DNA of 64,000 nucleotides from Macrostomum lignano. Lineage: Eukaryota. The DNA lies in contig NIVC01001001.1 of the NCBI GenBank assembly GCA_002269645.1, positions 248,001 to 312,000 on the forward strand. The letters are read 5' to 3'. A model generated the notes under the pieces. The model was not told where the DNA came from, ran no database searches, and saw nothing but the letters and a program-made list of their open reading frames with translations. Of this stretch, positions 28,259 through 40,899 are shown piece after piece. Each line of letters begins with the position of its first letter. Within the stretch, counting starts at the first letter, position 1. A program made the translations under genes and the position numbers.

Positions 28259-31200
28259 GAAGCATTATGTGAATACTGTGTAGAGTAAATGTGTGTGCAT
28301 TTTACTGCTGTTAGCTAAGCTATATTGTCCAAACAACGTAGTAAATGCCGGCATATTACGAGCACACGCAAGAGCAATCTAGAGAAGAACGTGAAAAGCG
28401 TTATAAAAGAAATAATCTACAGGTTGAATTCTAATATAAGAATTCAAATCGAAACAAATAAAAAACACTAGGAGCATTCGATGACAAATGGTACATTTGC
28501 ACGAAATGGTCATACGTATAGTACTACAGTTCCACATGGATTAAGAACTAAATATGAAAACGATCAAAAAGCATATGCATGAAGAATTTAAAGAGTAATA
28601 TGAGACATATTTTGAGAAATCTAGTTTGGTTAGGCAGGTGTCAGTTGTTCCGTGCCTTCAGGCGCCAAGGTCTAATAAAAAATGACTAGTGATGGGTTTC
28701 GACCTTTCAGGCCCCTTGTGAGGAAGCCTTCGGGCCTCAGGCCTCAGAAATAAATCAATTAGAGTCCTGGCCCCCCACTCCTGTCAGATGGTCAGCCCCA
28801 TGGTAGCTTGATCGTGTGGCGAGCAGTCTAGGTCCTATAGCTAAGAGAGGGACAGCGAGAGACAAGCAGGGAGAATTTTGAAGGTAGAAATTAGCTAGTC
28901 CGCAGACTAAGCTAACTCGCTGCCACCAGCCCGTGCGTCCTGGCTCACCACACCGGGACTCTCGAAATCGGGCTTCCGACTAGAAGGGGCTTTGCACTTA
29001 CCTGCCAACTAGTGTCTTTTTGCTGTCAATCTCGAAGTCATAGCCGATGATAAGGGACACTGCTGGGACTAGATCGCATTGGCCATGCAGGTACAGAGGG
29101 GACTTGTGCAGGGGATTCTTGCAGTGGCGAGTCTATGGGGTAGCTACATGTACTATTACATTGCTAAATACGAAGATATGTACTTTTGGCCTTCAACGCG
29201 CCAACTAGCCTCTCATAGCGCTGATGATAGACTAACTCGAACTTCAGAGATCTCGCATGATTCATTACCCGAGCCGCTTGGCTAACCTAGAGTGCACAAA
29301 GTACATCTCTGGCGCCGATTCTGCACTTCTGGCAGTTTTGCTCACTGATTTGATAGATTGATCGACTGAGAACCGCCTTGCCATTGGTCCACTGTGACCG
29401 GCGCCTACTAGCTTAGCTAGTTACTCATCTGAGCCATCGGCGAACAAAGAACTAAAACCGATAAAAATAACTGTCAGATTTAGCCTTCTCCTTAAATCAC
29501 TTCACACCTCAGATTGAATTGGAGTTTCAGACTACTAGCAGTATTATTAAGTGATTTCTGCCTCAGCAACAGCACTACTGAACAAAATGAGCAAAAGTGT
29601 GCGCCTAATCCAGCTACTGAAACAGGGGACAGACAGGGAATCACCCAATCAAGCAAGTCTAGGTAGCCTCTCACCCAACCAATCAGAAACTCAACAGCCG
29701 GAGACCAGGTAATCCACAGTGACCGAATCGGCTTGATGCTCTGTAGCTGTAGACTCGGGATGATGCTGACACAATCTTCGCTGATAGCTAGCAGGTGATG
29801 ATCTTCGCTTGATGTTCGCTGCTGACGACCGGGGGATTCGTCCTTGATGATGATGGGGGGAAGTCGCAATCCGGGGATCAAGAAACGACGGTCGCGCTCC
29901 GGGAACCAGAAGTTGCGTGCTGGACCCGAGCAAGAGTAAGTCCGAGCGGGCCAAAAACTCCGGTTTAAATAGCCGCCAACTGGACCGCAGTTTGTTATAA
30001 TGGAACACGTCGATTCTGATTGGCTGAGCCGTTTTGTTAAAATGAGCGCCGAATTTTCTGATTGGCTAAGCTTGTTGCTACCCAGAATCACGTGACCGAG
30101 AGATCCTATCAGTTCCCACTGGGTCGTAAAAAGATGACAGGTGCGGCCATAAATCACTCAAAATCGCAACAAAATGATTTGTGACTTTTCGCGTAGGATT
30201 GACAGAAATTAATGAAAAAATATACATTAGAAAGCTCTTATTAAATAGAAAGTGAAGATAATGAAGAGAAATCGCTAATCGCTAATCCCAAGGTACTTTT
30301 AGGGGTAAAACGCATAGCTGTCAAAGCTGTCACACGCTTGAGTGAATCCGAACAATAGGCTCTGACCTCATAAATCTTGATGGCCTGTCAAAATGATGAG
30401 AAAAAGCTACCGCCCGCATCCTCTCAGACCATCTGGCGCCCGTCTCAACACTGAGTGAGGCGCAGGTGGCTGTCAGACCAGCTTCGAAAGCGATGATTTA
30501 TGACCCAAAAGCAATGCCTATGTTATTATGACTACTAGTATGGCCAGACATTATATCTAGTATAGATTCTATGATAATTTGCAGAAAAAGGATAAAAATG
30601 CCCATCGCCCACTGTTAGTAGGCAAGTAAGTTTAGAGCCCATGTGCTAGCGCGGGATTTGGGAAAAAGTGCGTCCTCATCACTAGCCAATGACTAGCCAA
30701 TTGCGCGGGAATAGGGGAGAGAGGGCCAATGACAGCCAATGGGGAAAGGGGGGCAAATTGCCAGTGGAGAGAGAGACAGGACTGAGCTAAAAGGGATACA
30801 TGTAATTAGGGCAGGGATACAGGCGTATGCCCAAGATACATATAAGACACACGTAATTGTTATAAATATATCACGAAACGTAAGTCAGTTATTTAAAAAT
30901 ATAGTGCTTTTGATTATCAATTTTAAAGTATAGTTTAGTTAAGCTACATGTATCTGATGTATGTGTATCCGATATCCAGTGCACAAGTATGATATCTAAT
31001 ACAATTAGCGTGTATGTACTATCTTATATTATTACTTATTAGGTTTTTATATCTTTTATTTTAAGCTTTGGCTCTTTCAATACATTTTTATAGCAAGCAT
31101 ATTTAACCATCTTGTGTATTGTACAGTTTTCATGAAACATCGACCCATGCCAGGCGCTTGCAAATCAAGTTAATTATATTTTCACTCTTAAGTTAAATTT

Positions 31201-31854
31201 ACGCGTTAAAAGTCGTGGCAGGCATAACAAAGCGCACCAATTTATATTGATTCTGTGTCGTTGCTTAATAAAGAATATTGTTTAAAATATACGAGACTAT
31301 AACTTATTTTTTCCCTACAAATTATTTTGTGTGAATACTGCATTTTTTACTTGTTATCTCTGTTGATTCTGCAAATTTAGTTTACGATTTATTTCATTAA
31401 TTTTAGTTTGTTGACAGCAGTCTGAAGGTATAGCGAGAGTTGTATTTCTCCCTTCAACCTACGAGACTCCTCTTGCTTCGAAACGCTGCTAAAATTAAAG
31501 CATAATAAGTATCAATCAAAATACACTTTAGAGCTGTTTATATTATACAAGCTGTTGAAACCCGCGGATTTTGAACCCGGGGAATTCCGATTCCCAGAAA
31601 TATTTGTGCATATGCTCTGAGATCTGAGGCCATACGCAAACAAAAACTTGTTAATAGTTAGTAGGATAGAGTAAACATAAAATTGAGTACATTCGTGTAA
31701 AATTAGGATTTGAGGCAAACATTTGATTTTGTTGGCAGGAGTACGTGCTGCGCAGAATGTCGGGCAATGTCTGTCTTGACTCTAAAACATGTATTGGCAA
31801 ACTCTGGCCTCTGCCTCTGACTCTCCCTACGTACCTTGGATCGATTGCAACTTG

Positions 31855-32230
31855 TATCTTCTCTTCTGTTTGCTCTCTTCTCTCTTGTCCCTTGTCTCTC
31901 CTTTCTTCTCTTTCTCCTCTCATATCTTTTTTCTTTTCCTCTCTCCTCTCTCCCCTCTTCTCTCGCATCTTCCCTCATCTCTCTTATCTTTCTTATCTTA
32001 TCTCATATCTCTCTTCTTTTCTCTCTCCTCTCCTCTCCTCTCCTCTCTCCCTCTTTTCTCTCGTCTCTTCCTTCTCCTCTCTACTCTTTCCTCTCTCTCT
32101 TTCCTCTCATCTCTTTTCTTGTTTTATCTCTCCTCTCTCCCCTCGTCTCTCGTCTGCTCTCTCATCTCTCCTTTCTCTTCTTTTATCTTTTCTCTCTTAT
32201 CTCTTCTCGTTTCTCTCTGCTCTGCTCTCT

Positions 32231-32307
<77 letters not shown>

Positions 32308-32786
32308 TTCTCTCTCTCTTCTCCTGTCTACTCTCTCCCCTCTTCATTATCCTCTTTCCTCTTCTCTCTCCTCACTCACTTCTCTCTGCCTGTCTCTCCT
32401 CTCTCCTCTAGTCTCTGTAATCTAGCTCTTCTCTGTTCTCTCTACTCTCCCATCTCTCGTCTGTTCACCCTCATCTCTGCTCTCTCATCTGTCATCTTTA
32501 CTCTCTTATACGTTCTCTCACTTATCTCCTCTGTACTTTTCTCTTTCACCTCTTCTGACTCCTCTCTTTCCTTTCTCCTTTCTTCTCTCCTCTTCTCTTC
32601 TCTTCCCTCTTCTATACTCTCTCTCCTCTATTATCTTCTCTCGTCTCTCTGCATTCTCCTCTCACCTTCTTCATCTCTCATCTTTACTCTCTCATCTCTC
32701 CTTTCATCTGTCTCATCTCTACAATCTCATCTCTTTCCTCTCTCCTCCTCTTCCCTTTACTCTCTTATCTCTCCTTTCTCCCCTCT
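31855..32786. repeat. CT-rich low-complexity tract including pure (CT)n
   Basis: Direct reading. Confidence 0.9.
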
Positions 32787-32800
32787 TACTACGTAACACG

Positions 32801-33350
32801 TGATTTTTAGGCAGATTTGACGCAAAAAACGCAAATTATACTACTAGCTGAAAATGAAGTAAGTAGTATATGAAAACTCTATCCTAAGCGTGATATACTT
32901 CAATATGTACTCGTATGTGTACATTAATCCATGTATTCGCATATGTACATTAATCCATGTATTCGCATATGTACATTAATCCCATGTACTGCATTAATCC
33001 TTATCTACCCCAAGTTGTATATGTACATTGTCTACTTCTATGTCTATCTCCAATTCTACATGTACATTGTCAACTTGTACAGTACATACTCTACATGTAC
33101 ACTTGTACAGTAAGCTATACAGCCTATACTTCTATGACAATTTCTATATGTACAGTGTCCCACATTAATCCCCAATCTACACGACGGCCCGCGCTCTCTG
33201 TGTATTTGAATCGCCATCCCCACAAGATTACATGTACAATTCCAACTCGAAACACTACGTGTGTACAGCGCAGTATATTGCAGAGGTGGGTCGGTGCGCG
33301 CGCTAGCGGTTGTACAATCCCATCTACTATTACCAAATGAGTCAACTAAC
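32801..33350 (+). repeat. Left long inverted repeat
   Basis: Reverse-complement match to 55881-56402. Confidence 0.9.
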
Positions 33351-36300
33351 ATCCAAGTTTTACAAAACGCGTCATATATGCATATTTATATGTCAATTGT
33401 GTTACAGGGTATAACTTCTGCCTGTGGTTTATCCCACCGCTGCCACCAATTTGCTGTAGGGGTCGTGGGGGTGGGAAGTTTAATCCTATGCTGACACCAC
33501 GTTGTGTTAGGGTTATTGGGAATTTTCGAGGTTTTCTTAGAATTCGGGGTGAACTGCGCAATTTATACTACTAACAGGAGTAAGCCGTAGGTTGCTCCTG
33601 GTGGCGTGGTGTGTCCGAGCGGCAAGACACAATCTATGTTAACTTAACTAGTCCGAGGGAGGGCTACGCGATAGATCGGAGTTGCCTGGGAAACGGGGCG
33701 CACTAAGGGGAATTTTAATAGCTAATGGAGAATGCTGACATGGAGGGGATGTGCCTTAATAGGGAATTGGATAAAGGCAGGGCGCCTAAACAGACAGTGC
33801 GTCTGGATGAGGAGTTGGCAGATCGCCAGGTTAATCAGAGATCTGGGGAAGGGAGGCCACACGCCTGTCCAACTGATAAGGGAAAGGGGGTTAGAAATAT
33901 TACTCAGGAAGAGACTGTACGTTCTCTGGGGAAGAGGGAGGAAGGCTGTACGCTTATAGCTGAACAAATGCCTTCTAGGGAAGAGGGGAGAGGTGACTGT
34001 ACGCTTAAAGCTGAACAAGACCTCTCGGGGAAGGGGAAAGGCGGGCGCCTTCAAAGGAATAACTCATAGACTGATCTATTTTTAGAACAACTGTTCATTT
34101 TGGCCGAAAGGCAAAGCCTGATACTAAGGGGCGGCCACAGAAGTTGGGCTCTATACCGATTTATTTGCCTGTATTTATAGTAATTTTAGTGAAAATGGCG
34201 GACAATTCATAACAAAATATATAAGGAAATAAATTTTATGACGAGTTTAACGAATAATATAGCTATAGCATACAATCATATAAGGTAACATTTATTACTA
34301 TAACAATTACTCAAAACCAAATGTAGCTGATTACGCTATACTACCATTAGTAGAGTTTACAAGTCGAGATTCTTACTGAAAAAGGTTACATTCATAATTT
34401 TACATTTTTATATTGAAAAGCTGATTATATCATGTTTATTTTCATTTATTTCAATAGTTGAAACACAGAGCATGCAGAAGCGCCCACCCACCCATATTAT
34501 ACTCAAAATTTGCAAAGTGGCCGCACATCCAAGAATTAACTCTTCATGTTCTGCTGACCCTCAAAAAGCAAACAGTGTACGCAGAAACCGCCACCCATCC
34601 CCCAAAATTGGCGGAGAGGAGGCATGAGTCAGCCAAAAATCGCTGTCCACACTGTTATTTCCACTCCTTCCATACTTCATCCCTCTAGAATTCAGCCCTC
34701 CCCTTCGTCACCACTCCGAGACAATTAAGTCATTCCCAACCCCTCTCCCCGAGTCAAATAAGTTTTCAAAAGACGTGTATATACTCGTATTTACGCAAAA
34801 AGCCGGCCAGCTGTCAAGGAATTCCGACCACTTTCAGTGTACAAACAGATATTTTCACAGCACGGACCCTATAATAAACCTCATTCAGCCAAAACCCCTC
34901 TTCTCCGATTACGTCATCCATGCCGCCCCAGTTAGCAAAAAACTAACTTTTAATGCACATATGAGCACCGCAAATCCGTGTCCACCAACCTCCAACTGCA
35001 TTGACATAATACCCTGCTTTTGTCAATGTACACAATCTATGAATCACATCTCTCAGTGTCTCCTCCGCATACAATTCCGAGACTGAATTCTATTCATGTA
35101 TGTTCAAATAAATACTTTGACACTATAACCCATGCGGTATACTAGAAGTAGTGAAGTCCACCCGCCCAAAAACTTGCTGCTATGCCAATTCTATCGCATC
35201 CCCTGCCCTCTCACTAAAAGCTTTCAGACTTTATGAAAGTTCGATCTATCGAAGCAGGAATGAATCACCCACTGACCTCTCCAAGTTGGAATTCCGTCCA
35301 AGTTTAATAAAAGCTAAATTACTAGCTCGTAAAAAGCACATTTCATAAAAGGCGAGTTTTCTCCAGTTTCTTTAATTTTGCCGTTTCAAGTTAGACTTTG
35401 TTGATCAAGATCAGTAATTTCATCACTGGAAACCATCATTTCAACAGCTAATTTGCCCAAATGCCGTTTCAACTTTACTTGAGACGGCTTCGAAGCAGGA
35501 ATGAATCCCACACAGAAGTCCACAAGCCAGCCCAGCCCAAGAAATGGTTAATGAATGGTAAAAATTTATTAGAAATGCAAACTTTTTCATGAAAAAACAC
35601 GAGTTTTCCTTATTTTTTTGATTTTTAACGTTAAAATGCTTACTTTATGGATCGAAATATGTCATTTTATCAATAGAAATCATAATTTCTGCTAATAAAC
35701 CATCACAAATGCTGTTTCATCATTCAAATAGGCATGTAGGCATGTAGGCATGCCCAAGAAGCTGGGGAAATATTCTATAGACACTGTAAAAATGGCGCTA
35801 AAAACACAGTCTGCTATTAAACTTAAAGTTGTCAGTATTCGATTACTAAATCATGCCATTGATGCTATTTTAAACGTTATTCTCAGTTCTGAAGCTCCCA
35901 ACAGCCTCTTTTAGATGCACTGAATCGGTGTTGCATATTTTATGTTGCATCACCCTTCAATTCAACGATTCTCCGCTATACATTCTAGCCATATTCAAAA
36001 TTCAACCCAGGACAATTAATGTTCGCCAATATGGAGAGAACAACACCTACCCCAGCCGGACCAAGGCAATTCTTTACTATCGCGTAAATGCCATAACTGA
36101 CTCTCTGTCCCTATAACCCCAGGTGACAGGGAAGCATCCCCAAACATTACGTAAACAGAAGTAGAAAACTCCGTCTCTCTGATTTGGCTCGAGACAGGGG
36201 CTGTCACCTTTATTACTCTTTGATGGATATTTTAGATGATGGCAAGAGCTTTTCATCGACTATTACTCTTCCCCAAGCCTCTGTCAATCGGATGCTTTGC

Positions 36301-36765
36301 ACACAAGCCCCATTTCACCCAGGTTATTAAATTGATACAGCCACAGCGATTTTTGACATCCATTTTCTCGCAGAGACAGGCGGGCCTTAAAAACTACAGA
36401 AGTTATCTTTCATATTTTTCATCTGTATTTAGCTATTATTGCTCAGCTTCTGCCAATTATTTTCTGGATAAACACCGTTTTCTTTCGCTTCATGCTGCAA
36501 GAGGAAGCGGTCTTCTTCTTTGAGAGACTGTACTCTGGCGGAGCAGCAGTTTTCACTCCTGCGAGAATGCCGGTTGGCTGGCTTCGCTCAGGTCCAATAA
36601 AATACCGCATGAGAAAAGAATTGATGGGGTATTTTCGACCCCCAACTTTTCTATGCCAAATGCAGAAGCGAGTGTACAATCGTACATTAATCTAGAAAAT
36701 ATAGACCCCGGAAAGAAAATCACGCACACTTCTCGTGCCCCTACCCCATCCTCCCTCTCGCGGGG

Positions 36766-36773
36766 TATATAAA
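36766..36773 (+). promoter_or_regulatory. Candidate TATA box (TATATAAA) of the pPolB gene
   Basis: GGGGTATATAAAGCG about 210 bp upstream of ATG 36984, followed by a CAG-rich leader. Confidence 0.45.
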
Positions 36774-37073
36774 GCGAGTGAGAGCTGCGGCAGCCGCATC
36801 AGCAAAAGCAGCCAGCAGCAGCAGAAGCCACAACAGCAGCATCAACTGCTTCAACAGCATCAGCCTACAACAGTGGCAACACAGCAGCAGCATCAGCACA
36901 GCAGCAGCAGCAGCAAAAGCAACAACAGCAGCGCCAACTGCCTCAACAGCAGCTACAGCCGCATCAACACCAGGCACAGAAGAATGGCATCAAAACGACC
37001 AGCTGCCGAATCGGCCATATCGGCATTGTGGGGGCGAGCCGGTCCCTCACAGCCGCAGCAGCAACAGCAGCAG

Positions 37074-37185
37074 CACCCCCTGGGATTTACTCCCAGCCTG
37101 CTGGGTAATCAGCAGGCCCTATCCGGCGCCGCGTCTTTGTCGCGGGGGGGAGGCAACGCCCGTTCTTCGGGCGGCGAAGAGCGCC
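37074..37185 (+). ncRNA. HDV-like ribozyme of element A
   Basis: P1 CACCCCC/GGGGGGG (one A-G mismatch); two hairpins in J1/2; P2 GGCGC(C)/(GA)GCGCC; P3 GCG/CGC; L3 TCTTTGT; P1.1 AG pairs CT; GCAA; P4 CGCCCG/CGGGCG; J4/2 GCGAA with C37175. Confidence 0.8.
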
Positions 37186-37335
37186 GGGAATCGGTCACCG
37201 CTCCTGGCTCAGGGGCGGTGGATGTGGCTCGGTCCGGCCCTCTGTGCTCAGCCTTTGTCGCTGGCTCTGTCAGCGGTAGGGGTTTGGTACCTGGTCCGGT
37301 TATTTCGAGCTCGGTCCGCAGTCAACAACAACAAC
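37074..37335 (+). mobile_element. Element A: ~260-bp non-autonomous RIME/SINE-like element with 5' HDV-like ribozyme and (CAA)n tail
   Basis: 5' end is homologous to the E3 5' end. 3' end TCCGCAGT(CAA)n matches E3 TCCGCACT(CAA)n. CAACAGCAGCAG is duplicated at 37062-37073 and 37332-37343. No coding capacity. Confidence 0.75.
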
Positions 37336-37353
37336 AGCAGCAGCACCCGCCGG

Positions 37354-37443
37354 GGGGACAAGAAGGCACCCTCCTAGCGAACACCATGGGGTCCCCGGAC
37401 GCCCCCGGTCCGCGCAACAGGACCGAGGCGACTAATGGCCTTC
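37354..37443 (+). ncRNA. HDV-like ribozyme of E2
   Basis: P1 GGGGAC/GTCCCC starts exactly at the TSD-defined 5' end. P2 GAAGGC/GCCTTC; P3 CCC/GGG; P4 CGCC..GGTCC/GGACC..GGCG; J4/2 CTAA with C37432. Confidence 0.78.
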
Positions 37444-38832
37444 ACAATCAGCGATGCTCCATATGGAGCGAGAGAGCCAATACTGCGTGCATGGAGACCG
37501 AACCTCAGCAACAACAACAACAAGGGCAACAGATCTCGACGACGCCCCCCATGCTGAGAGCCTACCTACTGAACAAGTCCTGCGACTGCGAGGCGGTTGC
37601 GACCATCCTGACCGCCGACCCAAGCACGGCCGCCGGAGGAATACCGCGGAGCCGGGCCCAGAGCTCATCCTACAGTTCAACTGTAACGGCGTCAAGAGCC
37701 GCCATACTGAGCTGGCTAAATGGCTCCACGTCAATCGTCCGGCTGCGGTCCTACTGCAGGAAACGAAGCTTGCCAGCGACACCGATTACATCCCTCCTAC
37801 CGGATACTACGTCGCCGCGCGCTGCGACGGCCTTCCTAAAGAGGCCGCCGGCACCCGGGCCACCGAGAACGAGGAAGGGGGGGCACCTCTCCAGCCCACC
37901 CAACCCAGTGGCCCCGAAGCTAACCCTAACGAAGGGACCAGCGCGGACAACTGCCCCACGCCATGGGCAAACTGCGGCCGCAAGATTAAGCGCCCACGCT
38001 GCCGCATCCGTTGGCCGGCTGACAAGAATGATAAGGCGGAGTGGTGCCGCGGCTGCCGCTCAGGCAGAACCGCCTGCACCCGCAGAGACGAGCCGTGGCC
38101 ACAACCACCGCAACCGCAGCCACAGGCCCAGACCCAGAGTGCGCAACACAATCGTGAGCCGACCGACAACCAACAGGAGCAGGCACGGAGGACCGCCGCC
38201 TCGAAGCCGCCAATAACTCGGCCCAAGAACAGGACGAACAAAGCGACCCACACCAGAGGAGGCACCCTGATCCTAGTGCGCGCCGACATTGCGTCCGACA
38301 CTACGCCATCGCCGCCGGACAACGAACGCCAACTGCTAGACTGCGCCACCGCCACCATCCACCTCAAAGGCCAGGAGCCGATCACGCTGGTTTCCCTCTA
38401 CGCACCACCGACCAGCAACCAACGGGGGGAAACCTGGCAACCCCCGCTTCATCTGGTCCCGAACGCCGCTGGCCCTACCGTCGTCGCCGGCGACTTCAAC
38501 GCCCACGGCAGTTGGGACCGGCACCAAGACGAAGATGAGCGCGGCAAAATAGTGGAAGCCTGGGCGACCTCCCGCAACCTGAGACTTGCAAACGGCGACT
38601 ACCATACGCGAACTAACCCAGCAACAGGAGGCAAATCTACTCCGGACCTTACCTGGACCAGCAACAACCTCCTGCAAGGCATCGCAGAGAGCTGGACGAC
38701 CCTCGACGATCTGGGGTCCGACCATCTGCCCATCTCCTTCCCGGTCCAGAGACACCCCAGAGCGCCGCGGAAGGGCAAGAACCTGCCACGGGCCACGTGG
38801 TGCTTCCGCAAAGCGGACTGGGGGAGCTTTAA

Positions 38833-40899
38833 CCTCTTCCTGACGAATTGAAAACATGTCATCTCAATTGCGAACGGGTGGCCTGCATCGCAGGCCATAG
38901 AAAAATTTCCAAGTTTTGTGAACTTCTGATCTCCTCACTTAAAGACGGATGACCTGCTATGCAGGCCATGGCTGCAGGCAACAACGATATTGTCTATGGG
39001 CGTGTTTGTACTTAGTGTCACAGCTCCTGACTGAAAAAAATTGTACTGGAGTTCTCACTGCATTGACAGGTTAAATAGTTTTAAAGTTATGTCATAGACA
39101 GTTGGTTTGACTGTCCACTACTAAAGACCTGGAGACTTATGACTTCTCATGAATGTGGTTATGAAAGTCACTGTAAAAAAACCTAGCATAAGACTTTGGA
39201 TTTTGTAACAATTGGCATACAGAATACGAGCAGTTATACATGGAATCACTCAACGAAGAACCCGATTTTGAGCAGTTGATGTCTGATGACGAGGATCAAG
39301 ATTCCACTACTGACTCGTCCGATGAGGCTTCCGATCTAGACAATGCATCCGTGGATGAAGAAATAGGTGGCTGGCAACGCGTCGTACCCGGAGAGAATGG
39401 TTTGCAGGAGCCAGATTCGGAATTCATGGCGACCTCTGGCTTGCATCCGGATTTGGTGGCGCCAGCTGATCCAGACAACAATATTCAATGGTTTTTTGAC
39501 CTATTTTTAACTGACGCGCTGATGAACAAGCTGTGCGAGTGGACCAACAAGAAAGCTTGGTTTGAGTTAGAAAGGTTTCAAGCTGAAGGAGGTGAGCCAG
39601 CTGAGGTGCCACCAATCTTGAAGACTTGGAAGAATTGCACATTGAACGAGATCAGGAAGGTGATAGCGACCAACTTTTTCATGGGGCTGAGCAAGAAGCC
39701 GGAATTGCACCTTTACTGGTCTACGGACCCGTTCGACCAGTGCCCTTTCATGCAGCAACCTTCAAGCCTGTCAAGAGATCGATATAAACAAATCATGCAC
39801 TTCCTGCGCTTCTACGACTGCACCGCAATCGCAGACTTGAACGACCCTCTAAGAAAGATTCGACCGTTTCTTAGAATTGTGCAGCAGGCAATGCAGAATA
39901 CTTATTTGCCAGAGCAGAACATCTGCATTGACGAATCCCTAGTGTTGTACAAAGGACGCCTGATTTTTCGTCAGTACATACCAAGCAAGCGAAACAAGTT
40001 TGGCATCAAAATGTACTGTCTATGTGAATCCCAGACAGGGTACATGTGAAACTTTTTAATTCACAGTACGGATGCGGAAAACGGAAAATTTGGACAAGGG
40101 CTGGAGTGTGACCACCTTTCTATCAGCGAGCGCATTGTGGTTGAGTTAAGCAGCCAGATTTTAAACCTTGGCTACCACCTGTTCACGGACAGCTGGTTTT
40201 CTTCGGCTCGACTGGCCGAGTTCCTGCTGTCTAAATCCACATTTCTGACGGGCACAGTTCGACAAGATCGCGGGATCCCCGACTGTCTACGGCAGCTGGC
40301 TCTTCCTGCCAACTCATGTGCATTTGCTCGAAAAGAGGGCCTGCTTGCTGTGAAGCTTGTTGATCGAAAGCAAAGTGGAGTTAAGACGGTTAACTTCATC
40401 GACACCAGGAGCATTGCTGGTACCGCCGAGATCACCCGAATTCGACGTGGCGGTCAGCAAGAGGTGGTAACAAAGCCGATTACAGCTGTTGTTTACTCAT
40501 TTCTGTTGAAACCTCTGCGTACTCGTATTTTAATAAATTTGTAAAGTTCTTCTTGTTGAAACCGCGGGTACTTTTTGCTATTTGTCAGATTAAAAAGTAA
40601 AAAATATTTCCTTTAATAACGGTTTGTTCTCTTCCATAAATAAAATTATCTTGAACCACAGCGTAGTACCGTGTCTTTGCTTCTGTTGAATTAGCGGATG
40701 GCCTGCCATGCAGGTCATCAGTCCTTAACTGCAGTGCCACACAGATATCTATGGTCAATCGTTCGGCTCAGCAGAATTAGCCGTCTGGAATAGTGAGCTA
40801 GAGTTGACATTAATTTACCCACAGACTGCACGGCATAAAAAACCGTTTTGAGTGGAAAGGCTCTATGGCCTGCTATGCAGGCCATCCGTCGGGTTACTG
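38833..40899 (+). mobile_element. piggyBac-superfamily DNA transposon nested in E2
   Basis: TTAA at 38829-38832 and 40900-40903. Excision restores the E2 frame ADWGSF|KDELTKID (E1: ADWSGFKQELATID). Inverted subterminal palindromic motifs at both ends. Confidence 0.9.
39240..40544 (+). pseudogene. piggyBac (PGBD4-like) transposase, premature stop and 3' truncation
   Basis: CIDESL, YIPSKRNKFGIK, FTDSWF, GTVR motifs. TGA at 40047-40049 where Trp is expected, with the frame continuing. The third catalytic GGVD motif is absent. Confidence 0.85.

Noticed and set aside
30520-30990. Solo LTR (TGTTA start, CCAAT boxes)
   Set aside because: No matching TSD or second LTR was found, and part of the region is paralogous non-LTR sequence.
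31745-32796. Leu/Ser-rich ORFs
   Set aside because: Artefacts of CT low-complexity DNA.
33350-36700. Polinton integrase, ATPase, protease or capsid genes
   Set aside because: Only short ORFs without recognisable motifs; decayed remnants cannot be excluded without a profile search.
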